From positions 3,968,001 to 4,032,000 of the forward strand of contig OZ024762.1 of NCBI GenBank assembly GCA_964016885.1: a stretch of 64,000 nucleotides of DNA, given 5' to 3'. Source of the stretch: Eledone cirrhosa. Its lineage: Eukaryota. The notes under the pieces were generated by a model, which searched no databases, was not told the origin of the DNA, and saw only the letters and a program-made list of their open reading frames with translations. Position 1 is the first letter of the stretch; each line of letters starts with the position of its first letter. The translations under genes were made by a program, and so were the position numbers. Shown piece after piece: positions 1-13,663 of this stretch.

Positions 1-920
1 ATACGTATGTATTTACATACATACGTATGTATACATACATACGTATGTATATGTACATACATACGTATGTATGTACATATACATACGTACATAAATACAT
101 ATACATACGTATGTATTTACATACGTATGTATATGTACATACATACGTATGTATGTACATATACATACGTATGTATACGTACATAAATACATATGTATGT
201 ACATATACATACGTATGTATTTACATACATACGTATGTAAATACATACGTATGTATTTACATACATACGTATGTATTTACATACGTATGTATACATACAT
301 ACGTATGTATATGTACATACATACGTATGTATGTACATATACATACGTATGTATACGTACATAAATACATATGTATGTACATATACATACGTATGTATTT
401 ACATACGTATGTATATGTACATACATATGTATTTATGTACATATACATACGTATGTATTTACATACGTATGTATACATACATACGTATGTATTTACATAC
501 GTATGTATATGTACATACATACGTATGTATGTACATATACATACGTATGTATATAAACATACGTACGTATGTATACGTACATAAATACATACGTATGTTT
601 ATATACATACATACGTATACATACATACGTACGTATGTATACATACGTATGTATTTACATACGTATGTATGTATATGTACATACATATGTATGTATTTAC
701 ATACGTATGTATGTACATATATACGTATGTGTATATATACATACGTATGTTTATATACATACGTATGTATACATACATACGTATGTATATATACATACGT
801 ATGTATACATACGTATGTATATATACATACATACATACATATGTATGTATATATACATACATATGTATATATATATAGATATGTATATATACATACACAT
901 ATATGTATGTTTATATAAAT
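1..920. repeat. Degenerate (TACA/TATG/TACGTA)n simple-sequence array
   Basis: Continuous atacgtatgt/acatac motifs. The array is largely self-complementary. Confidence 0.95.
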
Positions 921-1410
921 ATAGCTAAGGAGTTAAACTTTCTTCTCTAGATGTATATAAGTATGTGTATTCTATAGGATACTATTACCTTAAAACTGTG
1001 TGTATATATATATACACTTACTTCTATAGAATCCATACATATTAACACCCTTCTATCTCTAGGCATATGTATACATACAGAAAGAAATGGCCTCACTAGA
1101 ATACTGCATTAGATACATTTCTTTCATGAAGGATGTTTCGAACTGAGTTCATACTTCTATTCCTATATACATACTGGGAGAGATATAGAATACAAATTTA
1201 TTCTATATACAGAAGGAAATAAACTTACTAGAATACTGTCTATATACACATTATAAATGTTTATAATATGAAACTTCTTTATTAATACCTATATACTTAC
1301 TGGTAAGTATGAGAGAGATATAGAATATCCACATAACCCTGTATAGATATCTTACAGGAGATATAGAATATCTATATACACATAAACTTGCTAGGATTAC
1401 TGTATTATAT

Positions 1411-1587
1411 ACTGTTTGGGAGCCCCTACATGGACACACTAGAAGAGGAAGACCAAGGTTAACGTATGTTGATGCCCTAAGGACAGACACTGGTCTGTTG
1501 GAGATGCAGGACATGGCAGCGATAATGAGGGACAGAGACCGCTGGAGAGAACTCGTCCATGGATCTCGGGAATTTTACCCGCCTTAG
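1411..1587 (+). mobile_element. 3' fragment of an RTE-type LINE ORF
   Basis: Translates as TVWEPLHGHTRRGRPRLTYVDALRTDTG...MRDRDRWRELV...*, the typical RTE C-terminus (W-x-P..RGRP..; DR..W). Confidence 0.8.
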
Positions 1588-1919
1588 ACAGTTTCCATTC
1601 TCAAAGAAACTTTTCTATAGCACCACACTTGTTTCTTACTGGGATTCTATAGTGTACATACACATTAATTAATCTATTCTATATATACACTTCTTTCAAG
1701 AAGGATGTTTCTCACTAATTACATAATAATTGAATTCTCTCGCATGTTAATACCTTTTTATCTCTAGGCATGTGTTTAACAATCCACTAGTTATATATAC
1801 ACAGCTGTTAATTCCTATATATTTAATATGAATGAAAGTTAAACGATCTACACGTAAGATACTACCTGTGTATATATATAAGAAATGAAAATGTGAAATA
1901 AAGATCAATAAATAAACTA

Positions 1920-3440
1920 CATTTTGTTGTTGGAGTTATTTTATTTGTTGAGACGACTGTGTGTATTTACACACTCAGGTGAGCTGGCGGAGATCTTCAA
2001 CATACCTGGAAAGAAGCAGAGGGTATTAATAAAAACAATCCAGATTACACAGCTCTAACACCAATACTTTTCTAGAGGCAGAAATTAAACCTCTTTATCA
2101 TGAACAGTTTAGTTTCTTAGGAGAGTGGGTATAGGGCTGTGAAATACAGTTTCTTATATGCCTCTAGATAAGGTATTACTGTATATATGGGTTTTTTTTT
2201 TATTATAGAGAAGGATAGTAAATATAAGCCTTCTAGATGTTACAGAGGAGTCTCTACATACAAAAAGTAGATTCTTTGCTGTGTACACACAATATCTAGT
2301 AGTAAGTTTCTATATATATATAGAAGTGTATTATATACCCACATGTGTACAATATTTATATAACAAGGCAGTGTATTCTATAAAAAACTGTATGTATGGG
2401 GAGTTTTTTTCCTCTATTGAGAAGGATACTGAATATAATGTCTTCTACATACAAACAATAGATGCCTTGATAAAATATCCTGAGTTTTATGTAAGTATCC
2501 TCGGGAAAAGTAGTAGAGAAGAGGGTTTTAACTTTGCCTTGTGTGTATATAGATGCTGCATATATACAATACTTCGAAGTGTGTTTATGTATAGAGAGAG
2601 GGTCTGTATTCTATATACTACAGTTTCTTATATAGCTCCGGATACTGTGTATAATGAGGAGATATACCTTTCTTCTAAGTAAGTATATGCAGAGAAGGTG
2701 TAATAGAGATACGATTATAATATAAATATATAGTTGATATGATGTGTGCAAGAGAGAATGCTGAGTTGGAGTAAAGGTGGTGATGACGAGGTAACTCGAC
2801 GTAGAAATTACGATGGTATAAGGTATAGAGAGGAAAGTAACATGTATATTTAGTTAGAAGAGGTAGCTGCGTGTATATATTGTTTCTCGGAAGGAGGTTT
2901 AGTTCTGTGAAGAGTGTTTAGAATAAATTTAAAAGACATGGCAACTAAAACACTACAAGAATGTATTTATATTGAAGAATTAAATGTATGTATATTTCCA
3001 AGATAGTGAAATGTATTTTTGTGTCTCAATAATATCCGTGAGTGTGAATAAAACTTTACATACCTCTTTACACGAACGTAAGATCCAAACAGATATCGTT
3101 AATAGTCCCAGAGTAAATAGAATAATGTTACAGCTTCAATACACTGAAAAGAAATGACAACAAAGGAAGAAGAGTTCCACAAACCGGAAGTAGTTCAATG
3201 TCAACAAAGGGCAAATAACTCAAATCAAAGGGAGATAACTCTCGTCAAATTGTTTGGCAAAAACTCATACGAGGCGGGAGAGCAGGCCAGCATAAAGCCA
3301 GCCTGCAACGGTCCCGGCCGACCCCGCAACGATTCGAACTTCAGACACGATCGAGTGGTCATGCCATACCGAAGTACGACATCGAAGCCAGAAACGCTAC
3401 GTGCAGCGCCACGCACAAGCCGCAATTCTACAGAGTCAAA
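1920..3440 (-). ncRNA. Candidate short spliced transcript, probably non-coding (exons ~3440-3370, 3143-3064, 2005-~1920)
   Basis: CpG-rich patch at 3260-3430; donor CG|GTATGG at 3370; acceptor tttcttttcag at 3144; donor GAG|GTATGT at 3064; acceptor ctctgcttctttccag at 2006; AATAAA at 1945-1940. The 80-nt middle exon has stops in all three frames. Confidence 0.4.
3183..3191 (+). promoter_or_regulatory. ETS-type motif ACCGGAAGT near a CpG-rich promoter-like patch
   Basis: Consensus ETS (ELK/GABPA) site beside a CpG-rich segment in otherwise CpG-poor DNA. Confidence 0.3.
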
Positions 3441-3565
3441 TAGTCATACTTATAGCTAACATTTTCCTTCTTTTTAAAAAAAAAAAAAGAAACGGAAAGA
3501 AAGCGAGATAACACGACATATTCCGAGTGTTATCTCGTTTTCTTTCCGTTTCTCTCTATATATAA

Positions 3566-3676
3566 ATATAACGGGATATATAGCCATTAAAGAAATACTA
3601 GTATTTGGTACATATATAACGGGATATATAGCCATTAAGGAAATACTAGTATTTGGTACATATATAACGGGATATA
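3566..3676. repeat. 48-bp tandem duplication (~2.3 copies)
   Basis: tatataacgggatatatagccattaa(a/g)gaaatactagtatttggtaca repeated. Confidence 0.85.
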
Positions 3677-4959
3677 CACGAATAGAAGCCAGGGAATATG
3701 TAGTAAGGGGTTGACTTATATAGGGAGTCAATAGTTTTGTAGCAAGGACCATTTTCGCCAACTTCAAATTCTACGTAAATAAGGTTCGCATTTTTGCCCA
3801 CTTCTTAGACATAAGATAGGGAGGAGGGTCACCTTATATTCGAGTATTTTGTACCTCTATTCTTGTTAGACTAGACCGGCATCGTCATGGGTAGAGCCGA
3901 CCAGGTGCTACTGTGTTGAACGAGAGTAAGGCTGTGGGCTTATGATTTAGATGGTCCTCAGGGCTCTGCTGTCAATCGACTTTGTGTGGGGCCACGTTTC
4001 TGCTCCATAGAGGAGAAGACTGATGCATCTTTTCAGAACAATTAATATGTAGGTAACATAGCCTTAGACAGATCTGTATATGTAATAGTTAGTATCGATT
4101 TGGGTAATCTTAAGACCATGATTCCAATCATCAATATATGTATTGATTAAACCTATATAAAATCTGTTCTCAGCTTCTCACCAGTTTCTTTGGAATTAAG
4201 CGTCTGAGAGTATAAGAATCTCCCTGGATAGGACACTAGTCTATCGCAGGATTAACTCCTCAGCTGAGTGTACTGATGAAATGTTTTTAAAGACTTACAT
4301 ACAGAACTTCCAAGCTGTGAGAGTTATATGTATGGACCCGTAACTCCCGAGGGAGTCATAGAGGCAACGCATTGACATAGTGTTTCTAGGGCTCTTTTTA
4401 AAACCTGGCAGAGCCCAGGTCTGAATACAGCGGGTTTCTTCTAGAGAAGTGTAGAGGAAGAATTCACCCCAGTACTAGACTGGTACTTTTTTTTTATCAA
4501 CCTTGAATGGATGAAAGGCAAAGTTGGCCTTGATGGGATTTGAATTCAGACAGCTGAAATGAAGGCATTCTATCTGTTACATTTATATATACATACTTTC
4601 TTTGTCTAATAAACAAAACTAAATCTTCTCTAGACACACACATAAAGTTACACTTATATAAACGTTCTTCTGTACAAACAAGGGTCAACTGAAAAGCTCA
4701 TAGGCTAACTATGAAGGAGTGATGCTAGAACAGTGAAATCTTGCATGCATTAATTTCAACTCTCCTTACTAATAACTGCATTGTTTCTTTCCATTTGGTC
4801 AGTCAGCCCTCTTACATATATACTTCTGATTCTCTTTTTTACTAAGAAACAGAATTAAACCTTCTCTACACAGGAAAATATTATAGTATGCAAGAAATAA
4901 AGCTGACACGCTTGAAAGAAATGTAGCTGTATATAGAGGTTTCGTTTTAATTCTTTTTC

Positions 4960-5066
4960 TTGTATATATATATATATATATATATTGTATATATATATAT
5001 TGTATATATATATACAATATATATATATATATATATACAATATATATATACAATATATATATATAT

Positions 5067-5102
<36 letters not shown>

Positions 5103-5987
5103 ATATATTTTGTATATATATATATATTGTATATACAATATATATATATACAATATATATATACACAATATATATATATATATTCTGCTGCTGTTGCTGA
5201 TGATGATACATGCCTCATAGCCTTTTTGTGTTTTGCTTTTCATGTTTTTTGTTTATTTCTGTTACCAGAGTGTGTTGAGGTGGAGGCTGTTTAGATATAT
5301 GTGTGTGTGTGTATATATATATATATGTGTGTATATATATATATATGTGTGTATATATATATGTGTGTGTATATATATATATGTGTGTGTATATATATAT
5401 ATATGTGTGTATATATATATGTGTGTGTATATATATATATGTGTGTGTATATATATATATATGTGTGTATATATATATGTGTGTGTATATATATATATGT
5501 GTGTGTATATATATATATATATATTTGTATATATATATATATGTGTGTATATATATGTGTGTATATATATATATATATGTGTGTATATATATATATGTGT
5601 ATATATATATATGTGTGTATATACATATATGTGTATATATATGTATATATATATATATTTGTATATATATATGTGTGTATATATATGTGTGTATATATAT
5701 ATATTTTTGTATATATATGTGTGTATATATTTGTGTGTATATATATGTGTGTATATACATATATATATGTGTATATATATGTATATATGTGTGTATATAT
5801 ATATATGTGTGTATATATATATATGTGTGTATATATATGTGTGTATATATATATGTGTGTATATATATATATATTTGTATATATATATATATGTGTATAT
5901 ATGTGTATATATATATTTGTATATATATGTGTATATCTATATATATATGTGTATATATATATATGTGTGTATATATATATATATTTG

Positions 5988-6019
<32 letters not shown>

Positions 6020-6070
6020 TATATATATACACACATATATATATATATACACACACATATATATATACAA

Positions 6071-6113
<43 letters not shown>

Positions 6114-6385
6114 TATATGTATATACACACATATATATATATATACACACATATATATATATACACACATATATATATATACACACATATATATATACAC
6201 ACATATATATATATACACACATATATATATATACACACATATATATTACCCTAGTCGGTGGATCATCCTCGGTATCAGGCGTCACTTAGTCATTCTTCTA
6301 TTTTTAGGATATCTTCTGGTATTGTACAACACTTGCCTACACACACTCTCTCTCTCTCTCTCTATATATATATATCTTTCTCTTG

Positions 6386-6427
<42 letters not shown>

Positions 6428-6437
6428 CTTTCTCTTG

Positions 6438-6483
<46 letters not shown>

Positions 6484-6493
6484 CTTTCTCTTG

Positions 6494-6533
<40 letters not shown>

Positions 6534-6543
6534 CTTTCTCTTG

Positions 6544-6583
<40 letters not shown>

Positions 6584-6750
6584 CTTTCTCTTGCTCTCTC
6601 TCTCTCTCTATCTATATATATATATATCTTTCTCTTGCTCTCTCTCTCTCTATATATATATATCTTTCTCTTGCTCTCTCTCTATCTATATATATATATC
6701 TTTCTCTTGCTCTCTTTCTCTCTCTCTCTATATATATATCTGTCTCTTGT

Positions 6751-6795
<45 letters not shown>

Positions 6796-7072
6796 CTTTC
6801 TCTTGCTCTCTCTCTCTCTATATATATATATCTTTCTCTTGCTCTCTCTCTCTCTATATATATATATCTTTCTCTTGCTCTCTCTCTCTCTCTATCTATA
6901 TATATATATCTTTCTCTTGCTCTCTCTCTCTCTCTATATATATATATCTTTCTCTTGCTCTCTCTCTCTATATATATATATATCTTTCTCTTGCTCTCTC
7001 TCTCTCTCTATCTATCTATATATATATATCTTTCTCTTTCTCTCTCTCTCTATATATATATCTGTCTCTTGT

Positions 7073-7119
<47 letters not shown>

Positions 7120-7560
7120 GTCTCTTGTTCTCTTTCTCTCTCTCTCTCTGTCTGTCTGTCTACCCATCTCTCCATCCCTTCCTAGCTGGGAAAGCGGCCG
7201 TCAATGATGATGATATATATGTGTGTGTGTGTGTGTAGAGTGTGTGTGTGTGTTTGTGTGAGTGTGTGTGTGAGTATGTGAGTGTGTGTGTTTGTGTGTG
7301 TGTTTGTGTGAGTGTGTGTGTGTTTGTGTGAGTGTGTTTGTGTGTGTGTGTGTGTTTGTGTGAGTGTGTGTGTGAGTATGTGAGTGTGTGTGTTTGTGTG
7401 TGTGTTTGTGTGAGTGTGTGTGTGTTTGTGTGAGTGTGTTTGTGTGTGTGTGTGTGTTTGTGTGAGTGTGTGTGTGAGAGTGTGTTTGTGTGAGTGTGTG
7501 TGTTTGTGTTTGTGTGAGTGTGTGTGCTTGTGAATCTCTCTCTCTATATATATACACCCA
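4960..7560. repeat. Compound microsatellite block: (TA)n/(TG)n, then tatctttctcttg(CT)n(AT)n units, then (TG)n
   Basis: Direct inspection. The long ORFs here are low-complexity YI/CV/SL strings. Confidence 0.95.
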
Positions 7561-9462
7561 CACACCACCCTTTACTGTCCTCTCTCCAATGTAGATTTTA
7601 TCATTTTTCTTCCGTTAACAAAATAACAATGTCAGCAAAACCACTTGCCAGAATATTTCCTTTGGAATGGTATTGAAACGACGCCCGAGACTGGCTTAAA
7701 GATAACCATCTCTCTCTCTGTTGAACAGCAGTGTGAATTACACATAGACACACATATACAGATGCACTGATACACACATGCACATATATACATACATACA
7801 TGATGGCTGCCCCCTCGTTATTGAGTATGGACATTGCATGAGAAAAAAAGAAAAACATAATAATAACAATAGCGACAATAATAATAATAATTTAAAAAAA
7901 TTATATATATGTATATATACATATATATGTGTGGAGAAGTATGTGTGTGTATGTGTGTACATATGTGTATGTGTGTGTGTATATATGTATATATACATAT
8001 ATATGTATATATACATATATACACACACACATACACACACAGACACGCACATACATATACACACACACACACACAATATCAATTAACGGTGCTGCGATCG
8101 AATGTGGCTCTTTAGCCCAGCCAATGATCTAAAATGTCTTGCACAACCAAAACATTCACTGGCAGTAGCAGTCTGTGGTTGGAGTTTGTGTACCCTTGCA
8201 TGTCATTTGAGCCCTCCTGCTGATCTACACTCTCTGATCTACACATGCCTGTCAAGTGTAGAGAGTGTAGATCAGAGAGTGAGATATGAGAGGGATATAC
8301 TAGAGAAGAGAGTTCCATAGGTGAGATGTTAGAAGGAAGAAACTATCAGAAGAGAATAGAATTAATGAAACTATCAGAAGAGAATGGCAGAATCTGTGAA
8401 CCCAAACAATTTCTATTGGCATGAATCATATAAAAGGTTTTAAAGGTCACAATAAACAAAGACATCATACAATTACCACCCAGCCTCATTCCTTCCTCTT
8501 CATAAAAAGGTTAAATTCCTAATAAATGAAGGAGACATTTTAAAACACAAACACCAATAGAAGACATAAAGTGATTGACTTTGTAAATAAGTGTTAATGT
8601 TAAAATAAAGGTGTTCACTTGTTACTGTTGTTATTGTTGTTGTCTGTTGTACTAGTAGTAGTAGTACTTGTTGCTGTTGGTATTTTTATTGTTGTTACTG
8701 TAGTAGTAGTAGTAGTAGTAGTAGTAGTACATGTTGCTATTGTTGTTGTTACTGTTGTTGTTTTAACATAAAGGGTCATAACAAGTCTTGGTTGTGCCCC
8801 CCCCCCCCTCCAATTTCTCATGGAAATCTGTCCACAGGAATTATTTCAGGAAAAAAAACAACTCCATTGTTTTAGGTTGTTGTAAAATGTTCCCCCACCC
8901 CACTGGGCAGCTGGTAGTTCACCATAATTATCTTGACATTCACAGTTACACACACACACATATATATATATATATACACATATATACATATATATACACA
9001 CACACATACACACATATATATACACACACATATACATATATACACACACACATATATATACACACAATTATACACACACACATACACACACACACATATA
9101 TATACATATACATACACACACTTATATATACATACACACATAAATACGTGTGCGCGTGTGTGTGTGTGTGTGTAGCAATGGGTGTTATTTTTGATGTTTG
9201 TTGTGAGATGAGTGGGTGATATTAGTTGTGTGGTTTGTTGTTCACTTGTGGATTATGATGTGGTCGTGTTTAGCGGGGGCGTTGAGAAGGACCAGGGGGC
9301 GCTGGTGTCTAAGGTGGTATTAGAGATGATATAATAGTATATTAGATTTGAAAAGGATATATATTATATATAAATATAGTAAAATAAAAAATATATAATA
9401 TTTATTCATATATAATATATATTATATTATTATATATAAATTAACAATTTTATTTATTATAT

Positions 9463-9500
9463 ACTAGCTGAATGACCTGGTGTTGCCTGGGTTACTGCTG
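9463..9500 (+). mobile_element. 5' end of a degenerate Helitron/HINE-like element
   Basis: actagctgaatgacctggtgttgcctggg resembles the ACTAG..ACCCGGCGTTGCCCGG 5' terminus also seen at 45391. Confidence 0.4.
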
Positions 9501-10382
9501 TTCTTATTCAGATTAGTAAACAATAAATATGGAGATATATATTTTTTTCTCATAATTATTTCAAAATATCTACATTTTATAAAAAAATATCAAAATTGTA
9601 ATAATAATAGAATTTAGAAATGAAAATCTGTCAATCTTGAAGCACCTCAGGGTAAACAATATCCATTGTGTAATTTTTTGTTGGTATCCAAATGAATAAA
9701 TTGTTGCTGCTTCCAACTCATGAGCAACCAACTCATTGCAAAAGCAAGCCCTAAAAAATGTGGAATCGAGATGGTAGGTGAGTCTATAAAGCAGTGAGTC
9801 GGGAATAGTCTTTGAAACTAGTTTCACCGTAAAAAGCAGTGCTGGGTTTGTTCATATATATACAGTCGCATCTATATTGCGGTTGTGGTGCTAGAAAGCT
9901 TATTCCGTAACAATGAAACCAGTTCAGATAGAAAAGATAAGGAAGAATTATCTCAAGAATTCTCCATAAATCAAAGACACAGCTTCAGTGTTTAGTGTGC
10001 AGCAAAGAAATCTTAAGAATTTTGACACTAAATGTATACATTTGGTTATATGTGTGTACACATTTAAATCATGTATATATAGAGCTAGAAACGTGAGGGA
10101 TTATGATCATTGTGGGGCTGCAAGTATACAGAATTGTGAGCAACTCAACATATATTTACTCTATATTTACTATTATATTTTCACGATAAACAAATTATCT
10201 CACATAATATTTCACATAATTATCTCACATAATATTGAATCTATGAGATTTTGATAGTTATTTTGAGAACAATACCTCAACATCAGTGTGAGTGGCCGGT
10301 TACAGCTGGTTTGAACAGAAAGAGGTAAAAGAATTTTGGCCAGATCTGGCTGGTTTAAATGCTAAAGGGTTAAGCTGAAATA

Positions 10383-10416
<34 letters not shown>

Positions 10417-10962
10417 ATACAATGAATGTAAAGGTTGCCAGGAATAATTTGTAAACAGTCCAAGTTTATAAATATGAAGTGAATAGAACCTGGTTATTTC
10501 ATTGGCACAGTATAGTATATAGCTGGACAGTTTGATGATAGAGTGGGTTTTACACACAGATATATATACATATATATGTATATATATATATATATATATA
10601 TACATACACAACGTTTGTTGATGATGATGATGATGATATATATACATACATATATATTTATATATATATACATGCATACATTCACATCCTCGATGGTGTT
10701 ATACACACATACACATATATATGAGTGTATATATCATCACCATCACTTTACATTCTATGCTTGAATGGAGTATATATATACACACATTCATATATTATAT
10801 ATAGAAACAAACACACACACACACACATATATATATATGTGTGTGTATGTGTGTGAGTAATACACACTGCTATTTGATTTCATTAAAGATTCATGTATAT
10901 ATTTTCTATGTTTATGAGAACAATAACATATAGGAGAATATATCATCATCATCATTTCAAGG

Positions 10963-12305
10963 GTTGGACTGCTCTACATAGACCAAGTCAGCGCTGAAGC
11001 TGGGCTACTGACCCCCTAGTTGGACTGGTCTACATAGACCAAGTCAGCACTGAAGCTGGGCTACTGACCCCCCAGTTGGACTGGTCTACATAGACCAAGT
11101 CAGCGCTGAAGCTGGGCTACTGACCCCCTAGTTGGACTGGTCTACATAGACCAAGTCAGCACTGAAGCTGGGCTACTGACCTCCTAGTTGGACTGGTCTA
11201 CATAGACCAAGTCAGCGCTGAAGCTGGGCTACTGACCCCCTAGTTGGACTGGTCTACATAGACCAAGTCAGCGCTGAAGCTGGGCTACTGACCCCCTAGT
11301 TGGACTGGTCTACATAGACCAAGTCAGCACTGAAGCTGGGCTACTGACCTCCTAGTTGGACTGGTCTACATAGACCAAGTCAGCACTGAAGCTGGGCTAC
11401 TGACCTCCTAGTTGGACTGGTCTACATAGACCAAGTCAGCGCTGAAGCTGGGCTACTGACCCCCTAGTTGGACTGGTCTACATAGACCAAGTCAGCACTG
11501 AAGCTGGGCTACTGACCTCCTAGTTGGACTGGTCTACATAGACCAAGTCAGCACTGAAGCTGGGCTACTGACCTCCTAGTTGGACTGCTCTACATAGACC
11601 AAGTCAGCACTGAAGCTGGGCTACTGACCCCCCAGTTGGACTGGTCTACATAGACCAAGTCAGCACTGAAGCTGGGCTACTGACCCCCTAGTTGGACTGG
11701 TCTACATAGACCAAGTCAGCGCTGAAGCTGGGCTACTGACCCCCCAGTTGGACTGGTCTACATAGACCAAGTCAGCACTGAAGCTGGGCTACTGACCCCC
11801 TAGTTGGACTGGTCTACATAGACCAAGTCAGCGCTGAAGCTGGGTTACTGACCCCCTAGTTGGACTGCTCTACATAGACCAAGTCAGCACTGAAGCTGGG
11901 CTACTGACCCCCCAGTTGGACTGGTCTACATAGACCAAGTCAGCACTGAACCTGGGCTACTGACCCCCTAGTTGGACTGGTCTACATAGACCAAGTCAGC
12001 ACTGAACCTGGGCTACTGACCCCCTAGTTGGACTGGTCTACATAGACCAAGTCAGCACTGAAGCTGGGCTACTGACCCCCTAGTTGGACTGGTCTACATA
12101 GACCAAGTCAGCGCTGAAGCTGGGCTACTGACCCCCTAGTTGGACTGGTCTACATAGACCAAGTCAGCACTGAAGCTGGGCTACTGACCCCCCAGTTGGA
12201 CTGGTCTACATAGACCAAGTCAGCACTGAAGCTGGGCTACTGACCCCCTAGTTGGACTGGTCTACATAGACCAAGTCAGCACTGAAGCTGGGCTACTGAC
12301 CTCCC
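10963..12305. repeat. 56-bp minisatellite, ~24 copies
   Basis: Unit gttggactggtctacatagaccaagtcagc(a/g)ctgaagctgggctactgac(c/t)cc(t/c)a; period 56 measured from 10981 to 11037. Confidence 0.97.
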
Positions 12306-12772
12306 ACACAGGCTGACGAGGTCTGTATCTCACATACGGTCATTATTGAGTGCAGAGGAGAAGTTGTGTCATTAGACACAAACTGAAGGATCCTCCTAAC
12401 CCCTTGTTTGACCCCCCCCTCTACAGCGTGCACTGGGTGATTTTATTGTGTAGATCACCAACACTAGGGAGAGTGTCATGTCCTTCACGTAACTAAAGGG
12501 TTCTTTCAACCCTTTGTTTGGTAAGCTTTCTACAGCTGGATCCCTTCCCTGTCACCAACTACTTTACAGCGTGTAGTGGGGGTGCTTTTGTATGTTTATA
12601 TATATATAAACATACATTGTTATATTTGGGGAGGGTCATACTGTTATAATATTGCCAGAAATAATAATAGCACACACTCACTGTTTGGCTTGGGTTGGTT
12701 TTCGCTTCTGTGTCTTTTATATCTCCATAGTTAATTTATATGGCAATCAATATTTATCATATATATATATAT

Positions 12773-12977
12773 GAAAAAGTATGACCCCGACGGCAGAGCT
12801 CAAGCTGTTTCGACGGCTATTTCTAGACTAAATTCTAATTTAATCTAGAAATAGCCGTCGAAGCGGCTTGAGCTCTGCCGTCGGGGTCATACTTTTTCCT
12901 ATTACCCACTTTACTACCCTAAGTATTGAGTACTCTGGTGCATTATGGTCCATCTGATTCCTTACCACAATTCCTTC
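12773..12977 (-). mobile_element. Penelope-like pLTR remnant with a 55-bp inverted duplication
   Basis: Arms 12773-12827 and 12844-12898 are inverted repeats. The sequence is homologous to 49561-49745 and carries the 3' half of a hammerhead-like fold. Confidence 0.55.
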
Positions 12978-13467
12978 GTTTATATATATATAGGTAGGTT
13001 CAAAGTTGGCAACATATGTAATATGTTTGCCATCAGGTATTTATGTATTCCTCTTTCTCCTCTCACTCTCTCCCCTTCCTCTATTTCTCTCTCTCTCCAC
13101 CCTCTCTCTCATGCATATATATATATATATATATATCCACAAATACACACACACATATATATACACACTCATATATCCACATATATATTATCGATAATAA
13201 ATTCCTATACATTATTCAAATGCAGTTTTTTCTTTTCTATTCTTTTTGCCAACACAAAGGCCTGATGAATATAATCTTAAAATTTCATTGTTTAATGCCT
13301 GACCATATTGCTCAAATCAACAATATATATATATATAAATACACAAACACACACTCACATATATATATGGTGACTGCAAACTCTGCTAAGAATATTGCAA
13401 TCACTTGTCAGATTATAGAGGTCGGTGCACTTTTAGGCTACGACCAGAAACATATATATATACATAA

Positions 13468-13615
13468 TCATCATCATCATCGTTTAACGTCCCTCTTCCA
13501 CGCTAGCATGGGTTTGGACGGGAATTTTCCCACTTGAGGCAAGATTGGTTGTCTTGCTCGTATATGACTGTCTGGCGGGTTTTCTACAGCTGGATGCCCT
13601 TCCTAACACCAACCT
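13468..13615 (-). mobile_element. 3' portion of SINE family B (aggaagggcatccagctgtagaaa...(TGA)n tail)
   Basis: Reverse complement of the family-B 3' end seen at 21520-21615. Confidence 0.75.
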
Positions 13616-13632
13616 GTGTGTATATATATGTG

Positions 13633-13663
<31 letters not shown>

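Noticed and set aside
3064-3382. Small selenoprotein via TGA read-through (MSYFVY-U-SCNIILFTLGLL...)
   Set aside because: No SECIS-like AUGA/AA/GA element is visible in the short predicted 3' region, and no known selenoprotein motif is present.
5215-7238. Long ORFs of up to 650 aa
   Set aside because: Dinucleotide microsatellite translations (YI/CV/SL strings), open on both strands.
10963-12305. CRISPR array (palindromic repeats)
   Set aside because: Head-to-tail identical units with no unique spacers, no cas genes, and a eukaryotic context.
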